64,000 nucleotides of DNA from Kondoa subrosea (taxonomy: Eukaryota): NCBI GenBank assembly GCA_039545335.1, contig BCIN01000008.1, forward strand, positions 941,528-1,005,527. The letters are read 5' to 3'. Below, piece after piece: positions 37,713 through 51,906 of this stretch (the stretch's first letter is position 1; every line of letters begins with the position of its first letter). The notes below the pieces were generated by a model that was not told the DNA's origin, made no database searches, and saw nothing but the letters and a program-made list of their open reading frames with translations. Made by a program: the position numbers and the translations under genes.

Positions 37713-39167
37713 ATGAAACCTACCACTTCTTCTCGCTCTACTTTGACAAATCACATCTTTCCTACTCTTTATGTTTGCTATCTTTTGCGCTCGTAAGCTC
37801 TCTGTATCGCTTCTCTTTCACAATCTCATCATGTAGTACAGCAAGAAAGATGGTGTCTTCTCGAATCGCACCTACATTGGGTCTTCACCTCATCCACCTC
37901 GTCGGATTCGTCAACATAACGGTGAATTGAAAGCAGGCGGAGCAATGCAAACCCGTTGGGCTCGACCATGGGAGATGGAAATCAATGTCTATGGCTTCCC
38001 ATCCAAACTAGCTGCTTTGCAATTCGAATGGGCTTGGCAGAAACCTCAGATATCAAGACATTTGAGAAACGATCAAGGTCAAGCTTGGTTTACTGCTCAA
38101 CCTGGGAAAGGAGGTAATCATTTTCAATACAAGATCGCTGTGCTGCAAAGGATGTTGAGTTGCAATCCTTGGAATGGTTTAGGTTTGAAGATCAGGATTT
38201 ATTCGGATGAAGCGCAAAGAGTTTGGGATGAGGCTTTGCGAAATGGCCCTTTGACTGCAAAGCCATATAAGAGGGCTGGTTTAGTCAGGAAGATTTCGAA
38301 CGAACGATTAGCTAGTGGTGATCATTGGCCGAACTTGGATCATGTACCTATCATTTTGAGAAGAGAAGGAGTAGATGGCAAGAGATTGATGAGGGAAAAC
38401 TCAAAACGATATGCGCAGAAAGATTGCTTGGATCCCATTGATACGGAAGATCGAGAATGGGCTGTAGAACAATGGTCAAAATGGCAGACGATTCAAGATC
38501 AGAAACATGTGTGTTCATGCTGCAAGAAAGCAATGGATACAGAAGTACGCTTTGTGTGGTGAGCAATAGAATTTCACTGATCTTATGGTTACAGGATCAT
38601 CTTTCCTTCTCCTTCTGTCCCGAAGCTAAATGTACTTCAGTCTCGCATATTGGTTGTTTGGCAGAACGGTACATCACTTCTGATAGTCTTCTACCTACTG
38701 TCGGTACCTGTCCAAGCTGCAAGACCACTCAATATTGGTCAGAGCTAATTCGAGGGTGCTTCCGTCGCAAAGATGCTGCGGAAGGCAAATATGATAAGAA
38801 GCGACGAAAGAGAGCTGCCGAAATATCTGAGGAAGAAGAAGAAGAGGATGAGGTCCAAGTAGAAGAGGATGACCATATGGAAGAAGAGCAAGAAGAAATC
38901 ATCAAGCCAAAGAAACGTGCCAGTACAAGCAAATCGAAGACCAAGACTCGGTCTTACTCTACCTCATCTGTCTCCGCTATCGATTCAGACGAAGATCCAG
39001 AGCGGTCTATCGCCTTCGAAGCTGCTGCGGAAGGATCGTTCGATGCTGGTGGATTATATGCTTATGAAGAAGAAGATCAAATGATGCAAATATATGAAGA
39101 TTCGAACGGAAATCTAGATGAGCCATGGTCTATGGAGTCTCTTGGAATTAGTAAAGGAGAGCTATGA
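37713..39167 (+). CDS. SLX1: Structure-specific endonuclease subunit Slx1 (GIY-YIG + C-terminal Zn finger)
   Basis: YVCYLLRS...[25 protein letters not shown]...RPWEM...[20 protein letters not shown]...CP..C..SHIGCLA...CPSC. Confidence 0.93.
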
Positions 39168-39748
39168 GATTTCATCTACATTCTGCAAGTATGCTCTAGC
39201 GAGGTAAGTTCCAATAAGCTCGTCTTGCTCCGCCACTCATTTTCATGCGTAGTTCTGTAGCTGCGAACTCTTCTACCTGCTCTCTGGGTTTCACATGCTC
39301 TGGAGTTTCATTTGTGAGCATATCAGTACACATACTGTTTCATGTTGTCATATCTTGGATTGAGCGTGTCAGTAGTCCCTCACTATGTATCTGCTCATCA
39401 AGGACTGACTCAGCTCTGGACCAGCGCTCTGAGGGGCCTCTTTCCTCTTGCACTCTGACGGTTCGAGTACTGTGACAATTCTGCGGTCTTTCACAGCTTG
39501 CCCAAAGCACAAGAAGGCTGTTTTCCGCGTGTATAAGGACTGAAGACCGCGTATGATTATGCGGCACAGTTGTCGTATCGCGATGCTAAGATGCAGATAG
39601 TTTTGTAATCTGAGCGCTAAGCATTTTAAATATACTCGATTAGTGAGAATGCAAAGCTGCAAACGCTGAAGCTTTCGCGCGCATAGACTCGCGCTCTTAC
39701 CAAACATTCGCGAATAAGTAAGCTTGTCTCGCAACTTTGACGTGGTCG

Positions 39749-42700
39749 ATGTACCAAAATCAGCAGCACCACCAGATTCCATATGGAGGAGCTCAACAGC
39801 AGCAGTCTGGTGCTCAGCAATGGGCCAATATGGGCTCTCCTGCTGCTTTCACACCGCAAGCCAATATGAATCCCTCAGCGCAATCTGGCTACTTTGCTCA
39901 GCCTGGCCAGACTGCAGACGTGAATCAGCAGTTTGATCAAATGTCGCTGGCTTCTCCTGCATTGGGCTCTGGTACTCGTTCAAAGAGATCTGCAAGGGCT
40001 TACCACGCAGAGTCCAGCACTGCTGAATTGCAAGCTCGTCACTCACCAGCTCTGCCTCCACCACATCCTGATCACTCTCAGCCTCAATACACTCAGCAGT
40101 ATCAGCAAGGGCAAACTCAGCAATTTCAGCAAGATCCGCGTTATGCCCAAGTCGAGAACTCTCATGGCAATCTGCAACAAGCTCCTCCTCACTCTTCCGG
40201 TCAGCACTTAGCACCACAACAAGGTCCTGCTCGATCAGGTTCAGCAGGAGGTGGAAGAATTGATGTCGATCAAATCCCTTCGCCCATAGCTGTTCAAGCT
40301 GCGAATCAGCATAAACTGGATACTGAGTCTGAAGGCATATACTACTCCTGCTCTCGAATGGAAGTACCTCATTCAACTACTCAATACACAGCTGTCGATC
40401 AAGGCAATGCTACACCTCGTTATGTTCGAATGACTACTTATGCTCTACCTACTACGGATGATTTAGCTGCGGCTGCGAATATTCCAATTGGTATGGTCAT
40501 ACAACCTTTCGCTTTGCCTGGACCTGGCGAAGAACCTGTTCAATGCGTCGATTTTGGCGAAATGGGTCCTCCCAGGTGTAAAGACTGCAGAGCATACATC
40601 AATCCTTGGTGCATCTTTTTTGAAGGTGGACAAAAATTCTCGTGCAATCTCTGTGCAAGTGTGACGGAAGGTCAGCTGTTCATCAATCATATATCGGGTC
40701 CAAAGCTGATTTAAAAAAAATCATTAGTTCAACCTGAATACTTTTGTCATCTTGATACCTCAGGCAGAAGATTAGATCTAGATCAACGTCTTGAACTCCA
40801 ACGTGGTTCAATAGACTTCGCTGTACCGAAAGAATATTGGGTTCAGCTACCTTCTTCCGCTCCTTCTTTATCTGCTCAACCTCCTTCTACACCATCTCTA
40901 CTCAGCAAAGCTGATCCTTTGGCTTCAGCACAATCACAACAGCAACCTAAACTTCAACCTACTTCTTTACCTGGTTCACGAACTCCTGAACCGCTTTGTT
41001 ACATTTTCGCAATTGATGTTAGTTGGACAGCTGCTCAAAGTGGAATGATCAGAGAAGTTGCTGCTGGAATAAGAGATATCCTTTATGGTCCGGAAAACGA
41101 TGAAGGCGAAAGACAAGGAGGAAGTTTACCGCCAGGAGCGAGAATTGGAATCATCACTTTCGATCGGACGGTGCATTTCTATAATCTCAAGGTCCGCATT
41201 CGCTTTGGCATCCATTTTTGTGAATGTGTGTTCACCAGGATGTTGACAGGCTGGATTGGAACAACCTCAAATGCTCGTTGTCGGAGATCTGCTCGATATG
41301 TTCGTACCCATCAACGAAGGACTACTAGTAGATCCTATCGAATCAAGGTGCGGAATCGCAGTCCATAATTGTATAAGTCCGCTGAGATGCGATATTCTTG
41401 ACAGACCAGCAATAGATACCCTGTTACAATCACTTGACTCTCTCTTTGCTCACACACAAGTGGCAGAAGCTGCACTTGGAGCAGCAGTCAAAGCATGTCA
41501 AGGTGCACTCGTGAGTAATCACTACTTATAGGACGTTTGCACTTGAGAAGCCTAATTTCTGAGCAGAAATACTTTGGCGGCCAAGCGAATATCTTCCAAA
41601 CCTCTCTACCTACTATCGGACCTGGCTCACTTAAACACAGAGAAGATAACAAGCTTTATGGAACAGATAAAGAACGCGCTCTCTTTACCGCTCAAGATCC
41701 TTTCTATCGACAAGTGGGAGAAGAATGCGTTGATGCTGGCATTGGAGTGAATCTCTTCTTGTTCCCTAGTCAATACGTCGATGTGGCTAGTATCGGTCAG
41801 TAGAAGTTACCACTTACGTCAGCTTCTTACTGATTATGTGGTATCTTCATGACAGGTGTGTTGGCTGGATTGACAGGCGGTGAAATTTACTTCCATCCTC
41901 GCTTTGATCCCGTTCGAGATGGAAACACTGTTCGGGCAGAAATGAGGAACGTAGTCGAAAGAGAAACCGCTTGCAGCGTTACCATGCGGATAAGATGCTC
42001 GAATGGTGCGTGAATGATCCTGCATTCTCTGTTTGAGCTCACAAATTCGGGCTACATTGTACAGGTCTACGGATATCAGATCACTTTGGCAACTTCTTCC
42101 AGCGGAACGTGACAGATCTTGAATTCGGTACAGTCGACGCCGACAAATCGATAGCAGCAATCATCAAGCATGACGGAAAGCTCGACGAGAAGCGAGAAGC
42201 ATACTTCCAATGTGCAGTGCTTTATACATCCGCTTTCGGCGAGCGAAGAGTGCGATGTCACAATATCGCTGTTCCGGTCAGTAGCAAGCTTGGCGATGTT
42301 TTCAGACTAGCGGATATGGATGCTACAATAGCTATTGTTGCGAAAGAAGGTATGTCTGCGGTGTTGGAGCAGTCAATGACGCTAACGGGAGATGATGTCC
42401 TGCAGCAATCACTCAGACCCTGTCGAAAACGCTTCGAGAGGTCAGAGATGGCCTGACGGATCAATGCGTGAAGGCTTTGCTGTCATATCGAAAACATTGT
42501 GCATCGGCTACTTCGCCAGGACAGGTTAGTCAAGTAACATCCAGGAGAGCGAGGTTAACATATCAACAGCTCATTCTACCTGAATCATATAAACTCTTTC
42601 CTCTACTTGCTCTAGGCCTTATGAAGACTAAGGCATTAAAAGGTATGAGACTACACTGCTCTGCTGGATTAGCAGTTCAATGCTTGAATTCTTGTAGGCG

Positions 42701-43609
42701 GCCCAGTCGCTTCGGACGTTCGAACATACTACATGCGAATCATCAAAGCTATTCCTGTGCAAGCGATAGTTGAACTTCTGTATCCTCGTTTCTTTCCTCT
42801 GCATGTGATGCATCCCGAAGATGCTACATATACTCAAGATGGTCGATTCCAATATCCTCCACAACTACGGACGAGCTATCAGCGAATGGAAGCTCATGGG
42901 GCCTATCTAGTCAGTAGGTGCTGGAGCTGTTTCGGTACTTATTCCAGCTGACTGTCGCCCTTCTGTCCAGTCAACGGCGAGACAGCTATCTTGTGGCTTG
43001 GCGCAGGCGTATCACCTCAAATATTACAAGATCTATACGGAGTCGATGACCTGAAAGACATTGACAAGAGAATGGTCAGTCCGAGCTGCGTCCACGTTTG
43101 CGTGTACTGATCGCGATTCATCTCACAGACTGCTCTGCCAAGGTTACCTACTCTGCTATCGGAACAAGTCAGAGCGCTGCTCGATGTACTGCAAATAAGG
43201 CAACGGCATCGCTGTTTGCCAATACTTATAGCGAGACAGGGCATGGATGGTTCAGAGGTGAGTTGTTCTTTCTCGCTAAGCTACTCCGGTGACTCTGCTC
43301 GCAGATGGAATTTGCAAACTTGCTGGTCGAAGATGCAAATAACGATGCCTTAGGGTGAGTGATAAACCTTTCGTACTGCGTGGGAAGACTTATGCTTGCT
43401 CAACAGCTATGCTGACTACCTTTGCGCTGTACACAAAGCCTTGCAATCCGCTCTTGCAGGTCAGTAATGTCATTTCGTTGTTTCGTCTGTTCATCTTTTG
43501 TCACAGGCGAAAAGAAAGAAGCGGAGATTGATTCTTCAAGCTTATGGCGAGGGTCAGTCTTTCTCGTTCGTTCGAAGCGATCTTGCTTATATGCCTTTTC
43601 AGGTGGTAG
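39749..43609 (+). CDS. SEC24: COPII coat protein Sec24
   Basis: Q/P-rich N-terminus; GPPRCKDCRAYINPW...FSCNLC zinc finger; trunk FAIDVS; FQCAVLYTSAFGERRVRCHN; SPGQLILPE; gelsolin-like region. Confidence 0.95.
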
Positions 43610-43669
43610 CATTTTTGTATAGCATCAGACGATCTGTTACGACCTCACGAATACCATTGCAATCGTTTG

Positions 43670-45081
43670 CTAGTCATCCCACCCTCTCATCCGGCCAGAA
43701 CTCTTCTTTACTGGACTGCCATCGAAAAGGTCTGAAGCGAAGTTCCTGCTTTTCACTGGACTAACGGCGCTGGGTCTCGTATAAGAACCTTTGCTGGAGA
43801 TCTCTTCTTCCTGCTTGACTGTTATTACTGAAAGTGGCTCTTCTTTCACATCGCCACTCCAGGCTCGTAATCCGCCAGACTGATTGTCAAACAACTCCAA
43901 AGGCTCTGCGTACTCTTCTCGTTCTCTGGCAGGGGGCGGCGTTCTTTTCCTTGATGTCGGCCTATCATTCCCATTGAGATAATCGTTCATCTCTCTATCA
44001 AGTTCTCTCCGCTTGCTCATAGGACTCAAGCTTCTTTGCCTTCTATACGACAACTCCCTCTGTCTGCCTGATCCTCTTGACATCCGGTCCAACAAGTCCG
44101 ATTCTCTAGATCTTGCATCGCTTTCCGGCTCTTCTCCAGCAGCGTACAGATCCATCTCTCTGTCAAGCGCTTCCATCTCCAATTCCGTTTCTCTTTCTCT
44201 CTCCATTCTATCTCTACCTCTTTCCCACTCAGGTGAAGAAGCTCTCAATCTTTGTCTGTTTTCTTCTCGTTTCCTTCTTCGGTCAGAGTAGAATTGACTT
44301 TTACTAGCTGCAAAAGCATCCTTCTTATCCTTGATATTGGCAATCCTCAACCAAACCGGAGCAGAAGGATAGACGTTATCGAATAATCGAGCAGGATAGT
44401 AAGAACTGAGAAGGGAAAGATCTTCAGTTAAAGCTTCGGTATAGAAATCTTCTAATCTTGAGAAAGCGGAAGAGAGATGAGAGGTGAGTTGTTGAGATGG
44501 ATCGAGGTTGAGTAAGAGAGATTCTAGACCTGCTATTGAAGTAGCTGGTGATGAGAACAAGAGGACTAGCCTAAGGGATGCAGACAAAGATATACATGAG
44601 TGAACAAAGAAGTTGCCCTTGAAACAAAGCGGCATACGATGCATCGTCTATCCATTCTAAACCAAGCAGAGAAGAAGGATCCAGTAAATTTGCATTGGCC
44701 CAAGTGAGAACTGCTTTCGTATCGAGTTGATTTACTGAAAGCGAATAGAGATACAGAGCGTTTGGTCTAAGATGAACAGCAGCTTCCAGCAAATAAGAAG
44801 GTGGTGCAGCATCCTCATCACCCAAATCAGGCAGAGTATCTGGTAAAGCCTGTCGACCGAATCTTGCTTCCCTCCGATGTTTCTCTTGTCTAGCGCGTAG
44901 AACGTCCTGATCATCTGATTGTAAGCATCGAAAGCAGAACATCTTTAGGCTCGCTGACTTCTGGGATTGGCTCTGAAGCAGCTGGATTTTCATACAAGCG
45001 ATTCTGAGGCAGAGCTTGGGAAGTGGACGCTATTGGCTCTTCTGGCACGTATGGAGTATCATATGGCTCGTCTATATCCAT
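43670..45081 (-). CDS. NCBP3/DUF2414-like RNA-binding protein
   Basis: REARFG, LRPNALYL...LGLEWIDDAS, LRIA...DKK; ELDREMNDY repeats and an R/E-rich tail. Confidence 0.65.
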
Positions 45082-45282
45082 CTGGGGCAGCCACGGCAAA
45101 GGTTATAGAAGAAAAGACTCGTCGGACGTTGGAGCGCAACAAGCAAGTTCCAACTCTCAAGAAACGCAGTGAATCTCAGCCGGGAATCGTCTCAAAGCAG
45201 TGCCGAAGCGATAGTGAATCTGTCCTCTTATAGAAGGTGCAGCTGATCGTTCACCGGTCGTGAAATTTGGCAGTACTTTAGG

Positions 45283-46335
45283 ATGGCTACAGCAGAGCCC
45301 CCAAAGTTCAATAAGCAGCTTACGAGCGAAGAGATGCTTGAGGCGAAGAAGTCAGCTCTGAGGGCGTCTAGCGGACTGTCGGAACGGAATTGGACACAGG
45401 TCGCACACATATCCTGACCAATGACAGAAGTGTCGCCTTCAAGAGTCTTCTTTTCCAACACTTTATTCTTTCTTCTGGTTCTGATCTCATTCAAGCCCTG
45501 CATGCTGTTTCTCTTGAAGATGAAATCGCGATGTCGGCGTTCACTGATAAGAATCCAATGCCATACATCGTCACTGCTGTATACAATCTGCTGAGGGTTC
45601 CGACTTATCTTTACAAGCAACCCTTACCGGTCGCCTTAAAGCTTCTCAATGCCTATTTCGACATTATTCTTTCTTTCGCTTCTACAGTCCATCCGATCAC
45701 TCCAGAAGCTGCAGGAGACGACAGAGCAGCTGAAGAGCAAGCTATCTCCAAATCTCTCATGCGACTATTACGTACATGTATCAGCCGCCTTGATGTAGTT
45801 GAAGAAGGTTTTCCGGATCTTATTCATACCGGTGTATACACAGACTCCAAGCATAATCCCAGAAATCGATCCTCACCTCCTTCCAAAAAAGCTATGCTCA
45901 TCCGACTCCTCAATTTCTCTAATGGAGATATCAGAAAAGCTGCAAGCGCCTTATCTCACTTTCTAGGATACTCAATACCCAGATCTAGATACGAAGACGT
46001 TCCTCCAATTACTGCGGAAACGATGAAGAAAACAGCCGAAGAGAGATTAAACCTCAGCGCGGATCTGATGGAAGAGATCAAAGCCCAAAGGCTAACCGTG
46101 TGCTTTACTTGTGGAGGATACAATGAAATACCGGAGCAAGGGAAAATGAGGTTGAAACCTTTCCCTATTTGTACTGGCTGTTTGGTGGCATGCTTTTGTT
46201 CTGTAGCATGTCAAACAAAAGGTGAGCACCTATATTATGCGGTATAAGAGACCAGAGGCTGACAACTCGCTAGATTGGAACAGCGGGTCAGATGGACACA
46301 GGTCTTTGTGTAAGAGAATAACGATATCTTCATAA
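45283..46335 (+). CDS. MYND-type zinc finger protein
   Basis: CFTC...CTGC...FCSVACQTK-DW...HRSLC at the C-terminus, across an intron near 46222-46273. The 5' exon structure is uncertain. Confidence 0.7.
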
Positions 46336-46709
46336 GAGAAATCCAAAAGCTAGTCATTTGCTTGCTTGTGACTACTTGGCTGATTTATTGCGATTTGCCT
46401 GCACAGTAGTCTCTAAAGTCATTTACTGTGCTGATCATCAAACAAATGTCCATAATTGCACTATCCCGGAAATCTTCCTTTATGGGCTTTCATGGCTTTT
46501 TCCGCTCGGCTGACTGAGTTTGCGCAACTTGCGAATATCGCGATTGGTCCGTTCTGAACCCTATATTATGAAGGTTGTCTATTCTTAATATGATCTGTTT
46601 CGTCTCTATAACTGACACTCCTTTGTTCTGAGATTTTCGAAGGATTGATCTGGAATCCCCTCTTTCCATCTTCCATATATCTCCTATTGGTGTCTCATTG
46701 ACTCTCATC

Positions 46710-47742
46710 ATGACCGCTTTTCATTCTCGTCCGTTCGCGTTCCACGACTCTGAAACGGGAATTTCAAGCCAGCGTCTTAGTGTTGCCGAATTTAGAGAAT
46801 TGCAGGAAGTGGCCCAGAGAGCTAAGCAGCGCCGCGAGTATATCGACCATCCTCTCAACCCTGGTCGTTTGCTGGCCGAACAGCATCACGCTTTAGGCAT
46901 TCGACATGCCCATGATCAGAGCTGTAAGCTAATCTGATGCCGCTTCTGCATCAGCTGATTAGACTCTTCAGTGACAGGGGACAACAAATTAGCCTATGAT
47001 CGACGCAGACTAGCATTAGCTCACGAACATGCCGAGCAACAAGCTAGAAACGATTCGGACGCTATCAAAGCTCTTTCAGATCCAACTGATATCAATTATC
47101 TCTATCAATACCAGTTCGCTGAGGCTAGAGCTATGTATGGGATTGCGCATCCTGGCAAGTCTCGAATATAATCATCTACCCCGTTGTCTGACACTAATTT
47201 TTATGTGTAGTCGGACCGAACAATCCTCTACAAATTTATCACAACGAGCACAAAGCTCAAACGGAACTACCCATGAGAATTCGGTATGAAGCAAACTTAG
47301 ATCACGAAGGAGGTTCGAAGAAAGCTAGCCCAGTCATTCCCAAACGGGCTAAAAAAGTGACGGAGGAACAGAGGGAACAGTTGAAGGACCGACAGGAGGA
47401 AGAACAGAAGGAGTACAGAGCGATCCGGGACCATCTGAATGTTCATAATCGTAGCTGATACACTGTGGTAAATCGCTATTGTATCAACATCGACCTATGA
47501 TTGGGCCATTTGAGACCATCTCAAACCAGTTGACAGCAGTATTTCGAAAGGACGCCCATACCGTATCTGTTGAGATGAGAAGCAAGAAGAAGAGGAAAAG
47601 CTGAATTGGTAACACCTCTTGGCGAAGGAGAAAATAGAATTCAAGATAACGGCGATAAACGAATATATGAGATCAGATATATGACTCGACTAGTCAAAGC
47701 AATCGAAGAAGGTCAGACGGAAGGTTGCAATAACTCTGTTTA
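46710..47742 (+). CDS. Hypothetical multi-exon protein
   Basis: Consecutive charged, helical-looking ORFs (46698, 46971, 47273) separated by intron-like sequence. Confidence 0.4.
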
Positions 47743-47927
47743 AGTCTGAGATACATAGCGATCTCGACGTGCGAAACCTCTTCGAACAAGAGCTTCTGTA
47801 AGTCACACGGCTTTAAAAAGACATCAGGAAGCCCGAGAACAGCCAGAAACGGAGACAAATATTAGTCGCCATTTTGGGCAATTCCAAGCCTAATCTCAAT
47901 TCGAAACGACCTAATACCCGCCTCGAA

Positions 47928-49168
47928 ATGGCCACAAACGCGTCTCCAGCATTTCAGAGTAGCTCTACGTCGCCTCAGAAAGCTAATGGAGTAGCAGGAA
48001 GGCGTGTCAATCGCATGCGAAAGGGTTTACGAAATGAGGTCGGTGCTATATCATGTGCTATCGCAGGACAGCTGCTAATGTAGAACGCCAGGCTATTGAT
48101 CAATTACATGGTCCCACTTCACTAGACGACGCTTCTGAATCGCCCTTTGCAACTCAAGAATATCTCGCTGCTCTGATTCGAGCGGACATTCACGACATAG
48201 ACAAGATTGTAGCTGTACCTAAAGCGAAACCTGGTTCGTTTAGTAAAGGAAAGAGTAAAGCTATTCAAGGAGAAGAGGAAGCCGAAGCTGTTGATGCTCG
48301 ACTTTGGCTTTACGAAAGTCTGAGACGGATTTGTTCTGATTTGAGTGTACCTTGGTTGGTTTCCCTGCAGTCGGTATGCACAAGGGAGAGCTGTGGAGAA
48401 ATGAAAGGTGAGCTGAAGTCAGGTCAGCCTAGAAATGATGCTGAAAGTTGCTGCTCAGGCGGAGAATGGCTTTATTTATGTGCTGCACATGCTTCAGCTA
48501 CAGAGGTGGGCGATAGACTGTCGATTCAGTGTAAATCTGATGTGGCTGTTTGGGGGACCTACAGACTGAGTGCTGTGCTGTTCGTAAACTTCCAGAGTGT
48601 TGTTTTCGCCATTAACCTCTTTACAGATCGATTATATAGAACATACTTTGAACGCAGCTACAGCACTTCTTCTTTCACCAAAGCATTTCCCGTCACGGTA
48701 CGCCTCTCACCCGTGAATCTTGTTGTAGCTGACTGCCACGACTTCTTTTAGACTCAATGTACCTGAAAGCTCGGCGAAACATCTAGCTGCTACTGCTCGA
48801 AGATTATATAGGATATTCAGCCATGCATATTACCATGTAGGTGACTGGACGAGCGCCGTTTGAGTATCTTTTTCATGCTTGCTTCTTGCCAAATCCTACA
48901 GCACGCCGACACTTTTCATGCATGCGAAGTGAGTCAAATTTCTTCATTACCAGTTAACGGTAATCGACTGACAAGCTTATCTTCACAGGCTGAAACTTCT
49001 TTGTATTCTCGATTCAAGAAACTGCTCAGCGTGCAATTGCCGGATGAAGAATTGGTTGTACCTGCCTCGTACAAATCTGAAGAACAGCCTCAAGAAGACG
49101 GAGGAAGGGAAGAAAGCAGAGGAGTCAACCAACAAGGAGTAGAAAAAGAGGAGAAGGAAAAGCGTTGA
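47928..49168 (+). CDS. MOB1/phocein family protein (Mob3/MOB4-like)
   Basis: FATQEYLAALIRAD, VDARLWLYESLRRI, CTRESCGEMK.GEWLYLCAAH, CCA.DYIEH, RRLYRIFSHAYYH, EAETSLYSRF. Confidence 0.88.
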
Positions 49169-49488
49169 GAGGAAGGAAAATGTTATCGAATAGAGTAAGT
49201 TGGGCGAGAGTTCTTTGCGGTAGCTAGCAAGCTCATTAATGTGCAGTCTGTACATAGCACTCGTTCAACATCATGCTTGCACAAATGTATTGACTCAAAT
49301 GCAGCTGCGGACCACCGCAGAACAGTGCTTAAATTCATCTGTTTTGCATGATTCGTTTGCGTTGCCGATCGAATACCACAGCTTTTGACAGCCGAAGCTC
49401 TTGTGGCTCTGCTTCTTGGCAACCCTGCAGAATTTGCAATGCCTCGGCAATTAAGAATACAATTGACAATGACAAAAACCCGAATAAG

Positions 49489-51682
49489 CTAGACTTTCCA
49501 AGTCCCTTTCCGCTTGACCAGTATCTGCCTACTAGCTGCGAAACATGCAACCGCTGCCAGCAGAGTCGCTCCTGCCCATGAAGCTGCTGCTGCCCAGTGA
49601 TAATCATCCCCGAGAATATAGCCAGCAACGGGGTTGCCTTTGACCAAGGAGCTTAGTACACCTCAAAAGAGCAGACAGTCATGTATACCTATTAAAGCAC
49701 CAGCACCACTGAAGAAGAAACTGCAAATTTGTATTAGCTTTTTGACGAACACCAGTATGCGATACACGTACGCAAGACCTAAGCGAATCCCAATCTCGCC
49801 AACATTATTGGCGTATGCTGATGATGTGCCAGGAATCATTGACACGTATGCCCCCGAGCTGAAACCGTAAAAGATAGCAAAGCAGATGATACCAGCGATA
49901 TTTCCGCAAGCGAGGAAGACCCAGCATAGAATAGCTGAAAGAGATAGCAGAGGAATAAGTAGATTGAAAATTCCAAACTTGTCTGCTGCAAAGTTTGGGA
50001 AGATTCGTCTGATGAACAATGTCAGCGAGAGTATACAGGAGAAGCATGTCTACTACTCACCCAAAGAAGGACGACCCGTTCAGGATCGAAATTGTATAGA
50101 AGGATAGGGTTTCGCTGATTCCAGATTGCCGCGCATAGACTTGTAGATCTATTGTAAAATCTTAGTATGTGCATACAATCTATTGGGACTAAACTTACAG
50201 AAAAAGGGAAAGAAGCTGTAGGATATTTAGCTATGTCTAAAAAACCTGAATGGAAATCTCACAGCCCGACTGTATAAGGTCAGCACTGCTCAAACTGAAG
50301 AGATATGTACACTTACGATTGCCTAGCAGTGCGCCGCACAGAACTAGCACGAAACCAGGATCGATAAACATGGCCTTGTAGCTGAGTTTCGATGCTTTGT
50401 TATCAGACTTCTTGCGCGGCGGTATCCTTGTTCGCATCAGTAAATTCGCCATGACCAGAAACGCCTACAACTGATTCAGCTTTTGTGCTTGAGCGAAAGT
50501 AAAGGCAGAACTCACCAATACCACAAATGCGGAAATTCGCACGCCCCAGGCAAAGCCAACTTTACCTTCAAACAGATTGTTGAGCATAATTGGAAAGCTA
50601 TTGATGAGGTCTCAGTATACAGAAAACTTCAATAGTAGAGACTTACACTATGCCTCCGACAGAAGATCCGGCTACAACAACACCTGTTGCTCTACTCGCA
50701 ATCAATTCGTGTTTCGAGGCAGCGGACTTTGACCCACAGTGCTCTCCTTCTTCGGAACCAATGCGATACAACACCAATAGCCGGTGTCAATAAGCAGCCT
50801 AATCCAAGCCCTATCCCTAGGCCTTGCGCTAGGAATATCTGCACTAGTTTTCAGAGTTGCAGGAGAGCACACACAGTGCCAACCTACGCTATAGTATTGA
50901 TTCGCGAGCGAGACCACTAGCAAAAAGACTAAGCTTTGTGCGCCGGTCGTCAACAAGACGAAAGACATACTCATGAGACTATATCCATGTCAGCAAAAGT
51001 GTCAATAATGTAGGTAGACCTTACCATATCACATAAATCACAGTACCAACTATCAACAAATGGTGGAAATAGCCGGCATCGAACAGTGGTCCAGCAATCT
51101 GTCTTCATTATGAGGCGTGCAAGGTATATGAGCCTTTCGACACACCATGCCAACAGAAAATAATAGAAAGGTTTGCACTGAACCAATCCATGAGATGCTG
51201 CACAAGAGAGATGAAGCGTGCGCAGAGAGTGCGTGTTGGTACAGACTTACTCCGCAGCAGTCTTGGTAGGTAAATAGTTCGTCAGGTAGTAATCCTGCTC
51301 GCAAATAGGATGAGGACTTCGAAGATTCATGACCCGCATCGAACTTACCTGATATACTCCAAACTGCCGGGGGAAAAGATGTATCAGATGATCGTACCCT
51401 TAGGCTTAGACGAAGATTGAGTCTCACAGCATTGACATAGCTGAGCATATTTCGTTAGAGCGGAAAATCAAGCCAAGTTATACAGACGTACCCGAATGAG
51501 CAGAAAAGCACCATACTGGATCCAGCTATGGTCAACCATGCGCGTAGACCTCCATCAGGCGGATCATTTGCTATCGCTTGCGGCTGTGGTATATCAGGAG
51601 TTGTCCTCTTCTCAGTTTCGAAATCTTGCTTTGCACGTATATCCTGACTCTTTGGAGCATCACCTGTCACTGAAGCATCCAT
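49489..51682 (-). CDS. MFS monocarboxylate-transporter-like protein (MCH/MCT family)
   Basis: DPPDGGLRAWLTIAGS, ISWIGSVQ, AQGLGIGLG.G..L.PAIGVVSHWFRRR, GRIFPNFAADKFG, FYGFSSGAYVS, C-terminus KRKGTWKV. Confidence 0.88.
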
Positions 51683-51906
51683 GGTCGCCCGATACTGAGA
51701 GGGAATTGAAGCATTTTAGGCCGCTTGATCAATAAACCGAGTCAAAGGTTTATACTTAGATTCGACCGTATTACATAAGCAGATCTGCAAGACTTGCTCG
51801 TGTACTCAATTTTCAACAGAGTAGCTATAAAACTGGACAAAAGATGAAATGCATGTCTTCTGTACGAATACAAAGTGATAATCTAAGATCGAAGTACATA
51901 GGAAGT

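Noticed and set aside
39849..40376. 175-aa antisense ORF (and similar shadow ORFs elsewhere)
   Set aside because: Lies opposite the well-supported SEC24 exon; no independent coding evidence.
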